A DNA stretch of 64,000 nt from Nemertoderma westbladi (taxonomy: Eukaryota; Animalia; Xenacoelomorpha), in the NCBI GenBank assembly GCA_032718475.1, contig JAUCBJ010001300.1, positions 1 to 64,000 on the forward strand, given 5' to 3'. A program made the translations under genes and the position numbers. Positions 38,360-51,884 of this stretch are shown one piece after another. The first letter of the stretch is position 1; each line of letters opens with the position of its first letter. Below the pieces are notes generated by a model. The model was not told the origin of the DNA and did not search any database. It saw only the letters and a list, made by a program, of their open reading frames with translations.

Positions 38360-39095
38360 TGGGATTTGGGATTAAGGAATTTGGGAATAAGGGATTTAGG
38401 AATAAGGTATTTGGGATTTGGGAATAAGGTATTTGGGAATAAGGTATTTGGGATTTGGGAATAAGGTATTTGGGATTTGGGAATAAGGTATTTGGGAATA
38501 AGGTATTTGGGATTTGGGAATAAGGTATTTGGGATTTGGGAATAAGGTATTTGGGATTTGGAAATAAGGTATTTGGGATTTGGGATTAATGTATTTGGGA
38601 TTTGGGAATAAGGTATTTGGGATTTGGAAATAAGGTATTTGGGATTTGGGATTAATGTATTTGGGATTTGGGAATAAGGTATTTGGGATTTGGGAATAAG
38701 GTATTTGGGAATAAAGGTATTTGGGATTAAGGTATTTGAGATTTGGGAATAAGGTATTTGGGATTTGGGAATAAGGTATTTGGGATTAAGGTATTTGGGA
38801 TTTCGGAATATGGAATTTTGGATTTGCTATTATATTAGTGATTATCGGTTTTTATTTGTTGATCGGCCATTATTGGTTGACTGAAGAAGATACGCAATGC
38901 GTCTCATTACGCCTCATAATAAGCCTCTCGTTAACAAGTCAACCCCACCGACTAGCGGCACTGGCTGTTTCCGCTGACGGGGCTCAGTTGAACAACGCGT
39001 CCTTTTGGGATCTGGGAATAAGAAATTTGGGATTTGGAAATAAAGGAAATTAGGGTAAATCATTTGGGCTTTGGAAATAGGGAATTTGGGATTTT
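38360..39095 (+). repeat. GGGAATAAGGTATTT/GGGATTT compound minisatellite plus ~170-bp unique core; inverted copy at 54036-54253
   Basis: Tandem 15/22-bp units at 38360-38825. The core GCCATTATTGGTT.ACTGAAGAAGATACGCAATGCG...GAACAACGCGTCCTTTTGG is shared with the reverse complement of 54060-54205. Confidence 0.85.
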
Positions 39096-39124
39096 GAATC
39101 TGTAAATAAAACGTATTACAAGTA

Positions 39125-39615
39125 TATGCAGGTTAGTAAAGGAGCAGGCTATAGAGGCGGAAAGATAGAACCAAAACAATAAACGATAGTTAACACATGT
39201 TACAAGATTATGCAGGATAGTAGAGGAGAAGGTTATAGAGGCGGGTAGATAGAACCAAAACAATAAACGATAGTTAACACATGTTACAAGATTATGCAGG
39301 TTAGTAAAGGAGCAGGTTATAGAGGCGGGTAGATAGAACCAAAACAATAAACGATAGTTAACACATGTTACAGATTATGCAGGTTAGTAAAGGAGCAGGT
39401 TACAGAGGCGGGTAGATAGAACCAAAACAATAAACGATAGTTAACACGTGTTACAATATGTAGGTTAGTAAAGAATCAGGTTGCGGAGGTGGATAGATTG
39501 AACCAAAACAATAAACGATTAACTGGTGTTAGAAAATTATCCAGGTTAGTAAAGGAGTAGGTTACCGAGGCGTGTAGATAGAACCAAAACAATAAACTAT
39601 ATTTAATTCGTGTTA
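39125..39615. repeat. 84-bp tandem repeat, about 6 copies
   Basis: Unit GCAGGTTAGTAAAGGAGCAGGTTATAGAGGCGGGTAGATAGAACCAAAACAATAAACGATAGTTAACACATGTTACAAGATTAT. Diverged relatives at ~10390-10480 and ~45315-45430. Confidence 0.92.
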
Positions 39616-40399
39616 TATGAAATGCGGATTTACCGATAAATGACGAAGGTAGAGTATAATTTATTATTATTTTTAGATTCTTTATTCCAGATCCATAAAA
39701 GGTTCTATGTCAATACCGGTAAATAAACAAACAAATCTATTAATAGCACAATAGTGATTATTACAAAGGAATACCCGGACCCGCCCAATTAGAGAGATAC
39801 AATTTAATTCTCTGTAGAGTAGAGTGAAGCACCGAATTACACAGACATTATATAGCGTATAAACATTCTAAAAAAAAGAGAAAAAAAAGGAAACGTTCTA
39901 AAAAAAAAGGAAAAAAGGAAACTCTGGGAGGCCTGGTATATATATTAAAATATTATTGTTAGAGTTAAATATACGTGAAAAAAAACGGGAGAGAGTGATA
40001 CGTTGTATATGATGAAGGACTTTAAACGTAAAGATACAAGCATACCGGAGGCGCCTCTATGTATGAGTTATGAAGTTGAGTTGAAGAACAACGACCTTTC
40101 ATTGTCTGGCAATACAATAGTCATTACTGCAGAGATAACCTGGGTTAGAGGGCTGAGTAGTGAGAGACCTGTATAACGTCAGGTGTATGTGCCTCCTTGA
40201 TCTTACACTGGTACCAACAGTAACAGCTCATGAGGGATGACGTATTCTGATAGGGCGTTGTCTTAGCAATGATAGGCTGGGCTGATCCCTTGCTAGTGTT
40301 TGCTCTAATACACTACATACTACTGTACATAGACTACACACCACCACAAAGGAATGGGGAAAGAGTCAGCCACTGCGAAACCAATAATACAGTACTGTA

Positions 40400-43300
40400 A
40401 CGTCACCTTCAACGCAGAACCCCCTAAGTCGATTTTTGTAGTTCTGAGATAATCAATAAAAACTGTGGGGCGAGCCACGAAGTGAGTGAGCCTTAGCGTA
40501 GTGGTACCATTAATCAACCTGTCGTTCTGTCGTTCTGTCGTTCTGTCGTTCTGTCGTTCTGTCGTTCTGTCGTGTTCAATTTTAAACGTTAATAACTCGG
40601 CCAATCTTTGATGAAATCTATCCAAACTTGGTACACATGTTGTTTGGCAAAAGTTTAGAAATTTTCCAAGTAGAATTTCAGTGTGGCCTTCGAGAAGCTA
40701 AGATAATAGCAGTTAATTAGTTAATTAAGTTATTACGGTAAAAACACCATTTTCAACCTGCCTTTTAAAGGAAATTAATTGTTTTACAGTATAAGATTTA
40801 AATAATTATAATTAAAAATTATACAGATGTAATCCCCATACGCCATTCTATTATAGTTTTTAATTAGTTCAAGTGATTTGCTTTAATAATTGTGTCTTTA
40901 ATTGATCTAAAGTAATTAAAACGGCAAAAAAAATTTATTCTCATTAAATACTGCTCATTTATTGGCCAACATGCTGGTACATAGATGGGATGTGTGTGTC
41001 ATTCCCAGTTGCTGGGAATGATTATTGGTCAAGTCTCTGCTGCTGGCTGGGAGTTGTTGCTAAGACTAACCAGAGAGGAATAGTAATAGACAACCAGTAT
41101 TGCTATTCCAGCCCAGACAGCATTCTTTAAATTCACTATAAATGTTGTATTGCTATCTCAGGTGAATGACAGATATCATAACATAAATACTATCCATGGC
41201 ATGGCTGTTGTGTAGGCTTCTGAAATAGTTTATTCCACAATGTATATGTCTGGTTATTTTTTAATTGAATTTTTGCAAAGTAGTAAAATTAATGTTCTTA
41301 AAAATAATATTATTATTTTATATGTAACCTAGGAAATTAGCTACATTTTTTCGTTGCAGCTTTAAGAGTGTACATTAATTTAATATTATTTCAATACCCA
41401 TATTACTACATCGGCATAAGATGCGTTGGCGTTGTATCACACATCTCCACATATCACACATATCCACATAGATGTATCAACAGTTACTCGCACAGTTTCG
41501 AAACTTCGCATAGTTATAACTGTATAAAGATCGTCAGTCTGCGTTTAGGAAAAATATTTTATAACAAAACAGGACAAGCGACGAGCGCAACGAAGCATAT
41601 AATGAAGACGAGTACTGCGTTGACTAAATTATTATATAAACCACCTGGCTTCACATATTGATCGCATCCCTAGTTATTATTATTATAAAGAACGTCCTAG
41701 CCTGCGTTTAAGAAATATATTTAAATACAAAACAGGACGAACGCAACGAGGCTTATAATGAATACGAGTACTGCGTTTATTATATTCCTATAAACCACCT
41801 GGCTTTGCATATTGAACGTGCGATTGGAAATAAGTTCGTGCTACCCTTCCGTGGGTGGTAGATGTCGCGGTTATGTATTGGTGGTTGGGAAGGGTGGGGG
41901 GGGGGGGGGATTAAAAGGGGTGAACACGTACTGTCCCCCTTTCTTTGATTGATTGGTGGTGTGGGTAAATTTCTCAAAACCTGATTTTGTGATACAGTCG
42001 CTCAATTTTAATTTGTATCTCATAACTGGGCCTCGTGCTGCGCGAAGGCCCCACGAACGTGTTTATTTTATAGAGAGATGCCTCAGTTTACTTGTTATTG
42101 TGTTTTTTAATATCTAAATATATATAGAATTCATATAACTAAACTTTCAATTTGATTTAGAATTACCTTTGAAATATATTGCGGTTTTTTTGTAAAAAAT
42201 TCTGACTTATGGTGTTTTGCCAAAACAAAGGGGAACACCATTTTCTGGTATTATCCCGTAACTACACGATAGTTGCGGGGTATTGCCTAGAAAACAAGGT
42301 ATCCTCAATTTGGCAAAACACCATAAGTCCGACTTTTTATAAAAAATACGCAAAATATATCAAATAATAGCCAAGGCGTATCGTGCGTCCTTAATTATTT
42401 AGTGCGTAGTGCGCACGTAATACATGTGCGCATTTGTTATTAGCTAATACGTGCTATCTAACATGTTAACTAGCACATGATCTGATCAGGTGTTAGTATT
42501 ACCTGTAAACGCAATAATAACAAATAATCACATACAATATAGCTATCACACTTGCGCACATGTTGGAAATTTTTGAATTCAAAATTCTAAAGGGCTCCAT
42601 AAGTTTTTGATACTTTGGTATAAATTGCTTCTAAAATAAGTGCGGGACTGTAGTTAGAATCATGTATCAATACAAATTGAATAAAATGTAGCCAAATGCA
42701 GAACTATAAGAACAAAATTTAGATTCAAGAAAGCGGAACTCGAAGTACAAAATATAGCCATGGGTGGTAGTCTACAGTAAGAACAAAGTCTATCTACAGG
42801 GTTACATACAGCTACGTTAAAGTTAAAGTGAAGTTCACTTACAGTACGTCATGACGAATAATTAAAGACCTGTTTATTCTACAGTACGTGGCAACATTTT
42901 GAGCAACTCTATCAGCAACTTAGTGAGCATGTCAGGTTGCCGATCAAGTTGCTCTATGTAAACGCGAAGTTTGTTGCTGTAAAAGATGCCTCATATAACG
43001 GAGACTAAAAGTTAATGTTACTCAAATTAAGTTGCTAGCTGATGACCAAGTAGTCCAAAACGTCCGGCAACTTAGAGTAACTTATAGCAACTTGGACACA
43101 AACATTAAATGAGGGACAGATATTTATCAGCGCCACAAACATTAATGTGGGACAAACATTAATCAGGGGACAAACATTAATGTGGGACATAAACATTGAT
43201 GTAGGACACAAACATTAATGTGGGACATAAACATTGATATAGGACACAAACATTAATGAGGGACACAAACATTAACGAGGGACACAAACATTAATGAGGT

Positions 43301-46210
43301 ACACAAACATTAATGAGGTACACAAACATTAATGAGGGACACAAACATTAATGAGGGACACAAACATTAATGAGGGACACAAACATTAATGAGGGACACA
43401 AACATTAATGAGGGACACAAACATTAATGAGGTACACAAACATTAATGAGGGACACAAACATTAATGAGGGACACTAACATTAATGAGGTACACAAACAT
43501 TAATGAGGGACACAAACATTAATGAGGGACACAAACATTAATGAGGGACACAAACATTAATGAGGTACACAAACATTAATGAGGGACACAAACATTAATG
43601 AGGTACACAAACATTAATGAGGGACACAAACATTAAATGAGGGACAGATATCATTCATGAGGGACACAAACATTAATGAGGGACACAAACATTAATGAGG
43701 GACACAAACATTAATGAGGGACACAAACATTAATGAGGGACACAAACATTAATGAGGAACACAAACATTAATGAGGGACACAAACATTAATGAGGGACAC
43801 AAACATTAATGAGGGACACAAACATTAATGAGGGACACAAACATTAATGAGGGACACAAACATTAATGAGGTACACAAACATTAATGAGGGACACAAACA
43901 TTAATGAGGGACACAAACATTAATGAGGTACACAAACATTAATGAGGGACACAAACAATAAATGAGGGACACATATCAATCATGAGGGCACAAACATTAA
44001 TGAGGGACACAAACATTAATGAGGGACACAAACATTAATGAGGGACACAAACATTAATGAGGGACACAAACATTAATGAGATACACAAACATTAATGAGG
44101 GACACAAACATTAATGAGGTACACAAACATTAATGAGGGACACAAACATTAATGAGGGACACAAACATTAATGAGGGACACAAACATTAATGAGGGACAC
44201 AAACATTAATGAGGGACACTAACATTAATGAGGTACACAAACATTAATGAGGGACACAAACATTAATGAGGTACACAAACATTAATGAGGGACACAAACA
44301 TTAATGAGGTACACAAACATTAATGAGGGACACAAACATTAATGAGATACACAAACATTAATGAGGGACACAAACATATAAACTGAGGGACACATAACAT
44401 TCAATGAGGACACAAACATTAATGAGGGACACAAACATTAATGAGGGACACAAACATTAATGAGGGACACAAACATTAATGAGGTACACAAACATTAATG
44501 AGGGACACAAACATTAATGAGGGACACAAACATTAATGAGGATACACAAACATTAATGAGGGACACAAACATTAATGAGGTACACAAACATTAATGAGGG
44601 ACACAAACATTAATGAGGTACACAAACATTAATGAGGGACACAAACATTAATGAGGGACACAAACATTAATGAGGGACACAAACATTAATGAGGGACACA
44701 AACATTAATGAGGGACACAAACATTAATGAGGGACACTAACATTAATGAGGTACACAAACATTAATGAGGGACACAAACATTAATGAGGTACACAAACAT
44801 TAATGAGGGACACAAACATTAATGAGGTACACAAACATTAATGAGGGACACAAACATTAATGAGGAACACAAACATTAATGAGGGACACAAACATTAATG
44901 AGGGACACAACATTAATGAGGGACACAAACATTAATGAGGGACACAAACATTAATGAGGGACACAAACATTAATGAGGGACACAAACATTAATGAGGTAC
45001 ACAAACATTAATGAGGGACACAAACATTAATGAGGGACACAAACATTAATGAGATACACAAACATTAATGAGGGACACAAACATTAATGAGGGACACAAA
45101 CATTAATGAGATACACAAACATTAATGAGGGACACAAACAATAAACGAGGGACAGATATCAATCAAGGGCACAAACATTAACATGGGCACTATCGCCCTT
45201 CGCACTTAGTATGATTCATGTTACCACCCATACACATACAATATATTACAGTATTACAATTCTCATTACTGTCAAGCAATAAAATAACAACAATAAATAA
45301 TAACATATTAATCTGACCAAACCAATAAACTATGTTATTGCCAATTGAAGGAAAGGATCAGGTTACAGAGATGGTTTTTCTAACCAAAACAATAAACGAT
45401 GTTGTTACTAAAAAGGGAAGGAGTAGGAGTAAAAAAATGATGAACATGAGGGGGAGACAGGAATGGGGGGGGGGGGGGGGGTAACATGAATGGTGGTGGT
45501 AGGAGGTAAATTGAAAATATGGGGGTATAACAGCCGGGGGGGGGGGGGGGGGGGGGTAGCAGCAAAACAGGCAGCTGAACAACGTAACCGAACGTCGCTT
45601 TCAATTAATTTCCATCTAATTAGGAAGATGGAATGTATACAAAACGGCGGTACTTTGATCGAAGCTCACGTTCCCATGGTAGTATTTTTTCCAGTTAATC
45701 ACTTAATATCTGATCGTCTGATGGCAAGCATCACCATCGCTCATATTAATATCCATTGGCAACCATGGACCCCTGCCCTATTAATGTTTTGTGTCCCTCA
45801 TTAATGTTTGCGTCCCTCAATAATGTTTGTGTCCCTCATTAATATTTGTGTCCTGGCCGCAATACAAACCAGTATATAAATGATAAATTACGGGGTTTTG
45901 CCAGGCTATTGTTTCTGATTTAAGGGGTTTTACAGGTTGTTATTTCTGATTTAAGGGGTTTTGCCAGGTGGACTGAATTTCATATACTTGAATTTACGGT
46001 GTTTTGCAAGCCAATTATTGACTTGTGGGGTTCTGCCTCGAAGTGGGCATAAGTTACGGGGAACTGTCTTTGGCTTATAACTCAAAAATGGCTGGTAGAA
46101 AAGCTTCGGGGTTCTGCCAGACGAAAAAGCCGATATCGAATTACCCAAAAAGTCAAAAACATGAAAATCGAAAAAAATCGACTTAGGGGGTTCTGCCTTG
46201 AAGGTGACGG
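40400..46210. mobile_element. Candidate non-autonomous TIR element (5.8 kb, TA TSD) enclosing nested repeats
   Basis: TA|ACGTCACCTTCAACGCAGAACCCCCTAAGTCGATTTTT at 40400 versus AAAAATCGACTTAGGGGGTTCTGCCTTGAAGGTGACGG|TA ending at 46210. Subterminal GGGGTTYTGCC repeats at 45890-46130. No transposase seen. Confidence 0.55.
43094..45182. repeat. 19-bp satellite (ATTAATGAGGGACACAAAC), about 105-110 copies; about 4 inverted copies at 45780-45856
   Basis: Direct tandem array seen in sequence; TTAATGTTTGTGTCCCTCA units downstream. Confidence 0.97.
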
Positions 46211-47195
46211 TAATTACCTCTGCCTATTGAGTAAGATGGAAATTAGGTTCGTAGAGGATTAACGTTTAATGGCACTAATATATATATATTGCATACCACA
46301 TGTCCAAGGAAGATCGAACAATAGGCTTGACTATACATAAAGTACTGTAGGTCGTGTAAAGTTCATTTTGTCTGTGTAATACTCTACAGTATTAATTTAT
46401 ATAATACCCAATTGACAAAGGTAATTGGTTTTGCAGCGACATCCTATGTGACTATTTTCCCTTCCTTGGAGGGGTGTGTGTGTATTAGCATTTGATCGGC
46501 AGGATTAACCAGACTCGTATATCAACCTGGACCAGAGCCATTTCCCCTCCCTTGGAGGTTGTGTATCAGCATATGGTCTATAGGAACAACCAGGTTTGTA
46601 AATCACTCTGGGCAGCAAAGCTCAAAGCCAGAATATCGTTGCTAAGGCAACGTCCTATCAGAGCTTCAAGGTCCAGGTAGGTTACTAGCAGTGTAAGTAA
46701 TGGAGCTGACTGCTCACCGTATATTGACAGATATTGGGTTCACTGAAACGTTCATTCCAACATTGCATAATACTACAAATATTATACTGACTTATTGTTT
46801 GTTAATATTTTCACCAAGGGAGAAATATTTGGATAGCATTCTAAAAAATTTTTTTTCATTATATTATACTTTGGTGTACATAAGCTTCTGTACTTTCATC
46901 TTTAACTTAATTACAGAATTATTCTTATTTCCGAAGTCTTTCGGTTGTTTTTTTTTTTCTCTCCTTACGAGTTACTAGGAGTTTTTAGTCGCGAAATATA
47001 AAATACATTGTTCTTGTATATAACATACTGTATGGTATATATGTATTCATACATATACCGAAACTCATGTTAATATGGTAATAATAATGCAATTATTTTG
47101 GCAACGGCTTTACTGCTGTTATATCTGTAAAATTACGCATCTATCTGTTTATCCGAATCCCTTAAGGCAGTAAGGGGGAGACAGCCTATGGGCTT

Positions 47196-48032
47196 AGGCG
47201 GATGTCCGGATCCCTTTACGGGAGGACAGCCTAATATACAGGCGGATGTCCGGATCCCTTTACGGGAGGACAGCCTAATATTTACAGGCGGGTGTCCGGA
47301 TCCCTTTACGGGAGGACAGCCTAATATCTACAGGCGGATGTCCGGATCCCTTCACGGGAGGACAGCCTAATATCTACAGGCGGATGTCCGGATCCCTTTA
47401 CGGGAGGACAGCCTAATATACAGGCGGATGTCCGGATCCCTTCACGGGAGGACAGCCTAATATACAGGCGGATGTCCGGATCCCTTCACGGGAGGACAGC
47501 CTAATATCTACAGGCGGATGTCCGGATCCCTTTACGGGAGGACAGCCTAATATACAGGCGGATGTCCGGATCCCTTCACGGGAGGACAGCCTAATATCTA
47601 CAGGCGGATGTCCGGATCCCTTTACGGGAGGACAGCCTAATATACAGGCGGATGTCCGGATCCCTTCACGGGAGGACAGCCTAATATCTACAGGCGGATG
47701 TCCGGATCCCTTTACGGGAGGACAACCCAATATACAGGCGGAGGTCCGGATCCCTTTACGGGAGGACAGCCTAATATCTATAGGCGGATGTCCGGATCCC
47801 TTTACGGGAGGACAGCCTAATATCTATAGGTGGATTTTGTCCAGATCCCTTTACGGGAGGACAGCCTAATACTGTAATATCTATAGGTGGATGTCCATAT
47901 CCCTTTACGGGAGGAGAGCTTAATATCTATAGGTGGATGTCCGGATCCTTTCATGGGAGGACAGCTTTCAGGCTGATGTCCGGATCCCTTTATGGGAGGA
48001 CAGACTACAGGCGGATTTCCGGATCCCTTTAT
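47196..48032 (+). repeat. 44-46 bp tandem repeat of self-complementary units, about 19 copies, in the retrotransposon leader
   Basis: Unit AGGC GGA TGTCC GGA TCCC TTYAC GGGA GGACA GCCT AATAT(CT)AC. Confidence 0.95.
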
Positions 48033-48161
48033 TCAATGAGAGCCTATTATATAACATGCTCTTAATACAAGGGCAGCATGTTGTCAGAAGCTAGGTATTA
48101 TATCTATTTATTTCTTTTTTTTTCCCCTTTCTTATGGATCATAATGTTATGCTGACTCGTT

Positions 48162-48261
48162 CCAAACACGAACGCGAGCAATTCGACAGACAATGGTGCA
48201 TAACGACAACGTTTGCATTATATCACTATATATATGTATTTCCACAGGAGATCGCTGTAAT
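48162..48261 (+). repeat. Extra internal copy of the 3' 100 bp of the B repeat
   Basis: CCAAACACGAACGCGAGCAATTCG...CACAGGAGATCGCTGTAAT matches the ends of B1 and B2. Confidence 0.93.
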
Positions 48262-48380
48262 ATTACTTACACTGAACTATTAACTCAATAGTGAATGACT
48301 CCTGTTCTACTAACAGTGATGGAGGGTAATATTTACAGTAGTTTATTGTTACTTACACTGAACTATTAATTCAATAGTGA

Positions 48381-50358
48381 ATGACTCCAGTTCTACTAAC
48401 AGTGATGGAGGGTAATATTTACAGTAGTTTATTGTTACAGACACCGTTCTTTGCTCTCAGCAAATACTTTGAGATAAACACAGATATCCCAAACAGAGCT
48501 CCGATCATGACAACCTTAGACACAGCACAAAGGTTATATCCTTATGATCATGCAAGAACATGTGGTGAATTCTTAACCCTCTCAACACCGTCAACATTAC
48601 CCGCAGCTACATTGCAGGAATTCCTAGATTTACCGATTCATTCAGTAGAATATATGATAAACAAAGAACCAACAACCCCGATTCACATAGAAAATTTAAG
48701 GAAGGATTTGCAATATTACCCTGATCAACAACTTGTGGCAGAATTGCTCACACAGTTAACCAATGGTGTCAACATAGGTTACAATGGTCCCAGAGATAAA
48801 TTTATATTCCGTGAAAATAATAAGTCCGCACTTGATAATGCTCTACAAGTAGACGAGTTACTGACCAAAGAAATTAAATCTGGCTTCATCGAAGGCCCCT
48901 TCATCAATGTACCCAAGATAACAACATCATCTTCCCTTATTGTTGTAAACCCACTAACATTGAGTGCCATCAAAAACAAAAAGCCAAGGCTCTGTGTTGA
49001 CTGCTCACACAATCTCAAAGGGACATTAAATAGCTTTATTTCTGATGAAGATTCCACTGTGACATATACAACGATAGATGATATCGTGGATAGTGTCATG
49101 TTCTGTGGAAATCATGCTCTAATTGGAAAATTAGATGTCAAAGATGCTTTCAAAATCATCCCAATCTCAAAGAAGGATTGGTGTCTCCTAGGAATTAAAT
49201 GGCGAAATATGTTTTTTGTATGCATCAGATTAGTATTCGGATTAAGATCAGCAAGTCGCATATTTCAAAATTATACTACTCTAATAAAAGACACAATTAT
49301 TAACAAATTATCAATCCTTCCATGTCCTCCTAGCCAAAATCTCGAACTCGAAATAGACACAACAACAATGTTATCAGATATCACTAAGATTGATCACTTA
49401 CTAGATGACTTTATTATAACAACTGTTAGTATTCCAGAATTGGCCACATACACTTTCAATTTGATAATTGACATTTTCAAACACTATCACATTCCTCTAA
49501 ATACCCAGAAAACTTTCCCCCCCTGAACACCGGCAGACAGTATTCGGGATTGGAATAAACACCATTTCAATGAAGTTCTTTGTGCCAAATGACAAGCAAG
49601 GTACAGCCCTAGCAGAAATTCACCGATTTCAAAACATGGCATCAGGAACTATGATAAATAAACGTGAGCTTCAGAGCCTTATTGGGCTACTATCATTCAT
49701 CTCTAAAGCAGTATGTGCTAGTCGCACATTTCTTCGTCGCCTCATTAATGCAATATCAGTGTCCAAGCATCAAAAGATGATATGCATTCCAGGTAAGTTG
49801 CACCTCGACCTGGAATATTGGATATTTGCATTACACACATTACATAACTATCAAGCACCTTTACAAAACCCAACCATGCTGACTCCTAGCCAACACACCC
49901 TGTCAACAGATGCATCTGGGTTTGGTTTGGGAGGTATTTGTAATGAAGACTGGTTCTCAGTACGGCTACCAGAACAGATGACTAACAATCAATTATCAAT
50001 AGCAGCAAAAGAGTCAGCGGCTATACTACTCGCAGTTAAAGTATATGGGCGATCTTTTGGTGGTTCAAGGCTACTAATTTATAGTGACAGTGAGACCAGC
50101 ATACATGCATTTGCAAAGGGAACTTCCAATAAGCCAGTGCAGATGACACTGATTCGCCTACTTCTCCACACTTGCACAGAATACGGAATAATGGTATTCT
50201 GCCAGCACATCCCAGGACATGACAACATTGGTCCAGATCTCTTGAGCCGTCTCAGGATCAGCAAATTCAAAGCTTTGTTTCCAAAAATGAATGGAGACCC
50301 AACTCCTGTTCTTGACCAATGGTCCGAAATCAAACAAGCCATTTTCAATCCAGTATAA
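48381..50358 (+). CDS. Reverse transcriptase-RNase H (DIRS/Ngaro type); ORFs 48381-49526 and 49570-50358 joined by a +1 shift in the C7 run at 49517-49523
   Basis: GVNIGYNGP, ENNKSA, GFIEGPF, KPRLCVDCS, LNSFI, KLDVKDAFKIIPI, LVFGLRSA, HLLDDF. RNaseH LQSLIGLLSF, TDASGFGLGG, IAAKE, YSDS, HIPGHDNIGPDLLSR. Deleting one C gives FPPEHRQTVFGIGINTISMK. Confidence 0.9.
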
Positions 50359-50593
50359 AAATAAACATAGACAATGCTACAATGTCCACAAGTAAGACAA
50401 TGTATTTTATTTATTTTATATAAATATTTTTTTTCATACTTTATACCAAATGAAAACTATAGCTATCCCAAGGTGATCATCGTTTCACAGTCAACAATAT
50501 ATCTTAACATTTAGCGGTATCATGGTTCATGGTAAAATATCATGCATAGATAAGTAAATTTGTTTTCAATAAGTATATAAAATCTACAACATC

Positions 50594-51744
50594 ATGTCAG
50601 TTCCAGAGATAAATTATACCATTGGCACTATTGCATATAGAGGCGAAAACAACTCATGGTTGAGATTACAACTGTCAACCGAGGGTCCCATCTGGGAGGG
50701 CACAGAAGCCCCAAGTAGTGCATCACAATATCTGGTGTTGCATCATGGTGAGCAGGTAACATTCTCTGGTGTAGTATACAAATTAAATAAAGCCATCAAT
50801 AAGGATTTTATTCTTTTTATTCCGGTCAGAGCAACATCCCCTGAGCCACACATACAACCTGAGACAGCCCAAGAACATGAAATTACATTCATGGAGAAGT
50901 TTGTAGGAGTTTTGTTGAAGGCTCCTGTTCTATGGATGGGATAACACAATCGAAAGGAAACAAACGCCAAGAAACACGATCGGACAAGGAAGTGCCTGGG
51001 GTATTGTCATCAACACGACCACTTGAAAGGGACACGGTGGATCAACTTCGCTTGCAGTACCGATATATCCCTCTAACTGAACTGGCTGAACGGCAAGAGC
51101 TGAATGGAAAATATGGGAAAAACGCAGAAGTAGAATCCACAGGGGGAATGTTGAACTGCTTAGCCCTACTTGCTAGTTATAAGAGTGCCTTCTATCCAGA
51201 AGAAGCACCAAAGATATGGACTTATTATCGGAACATGCTCGAGATAGCCCCATTATATTCACTTGGGTTTTTACTCAAGGTTGACAAAGACCATCGTCTC
51301 TATGTTGAAACCAATCAGGGAGGATGGGAGCGACCACCAACTATTCGCCATCCCATGCGATCAGACTACATGAACAGATGTCGAAACTGCGACAAGCAGC
51401 ATTTAGGCTCATGTTTGCCAGCAGAGGCATTTACGACGTCACCAAGGAAAACAAACCAGAGCAACTTCAAGAGGGGAGTTTTCTGCCACGGGTGTCACCG
51501 TGAGGGTCATTATCGCCCAGATTGCAAATCCAAAAACCGAGAGGATTCTGAATCACACTTCAAGAGGAGATATCAGGATGACTCAGACGATGTTAGAAGA
51601 GGTACAAATGACAATAGGTTCCGACATCGACTTCGGTACGATAATGAAGAGGACAATAATATCAACAATGCTAGGGAGAGGGTCCCGATTGTAAAATCGC
51701 TGCCTAAAAAAGCCTTAGGAAACCAATTTATTCAGCAAGGATAG
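50594..51744 (+). CDS. Gag-like protein of the YR retrotransposon (ORFs 50594-50944 and 50932-51744, one -1 shift or two ORFs)
   Basis: DIRS/Ngaro Gag-like core (YKSAFYPEEAPKIWTYYRNMLEIAPLY...KVDKDHRL...W), then CRNCDKQHLGSC and a CCHC knuckle CHGCHREGHYRPDC. Confidence 0.8.
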
Positions 51745-51884
51745 TTTACCCACAAGCCTAAAACTGTTTAAATATATATAATCGCATCTATAAAAAATAG
51801 CATATGTTATTAAGTAGTTTACGAACTAAACTATAAATAGTTTATATATATATTGTCTACCAGCCATATGAAACATCCATCGCC

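Noticed and set aside
38360-38825. Telomeric repeat
   Set aside because: Compound 15/22-bp units tied to a dispersed repeat core, not a simple telomere motif.
47196-48032. CRISPR-like array of palindromic repeats
   Set aside because: Units are contiguous with only 6-8 nt near-constant linkers. No unique spacers, no cas genes, eukaryotic context.
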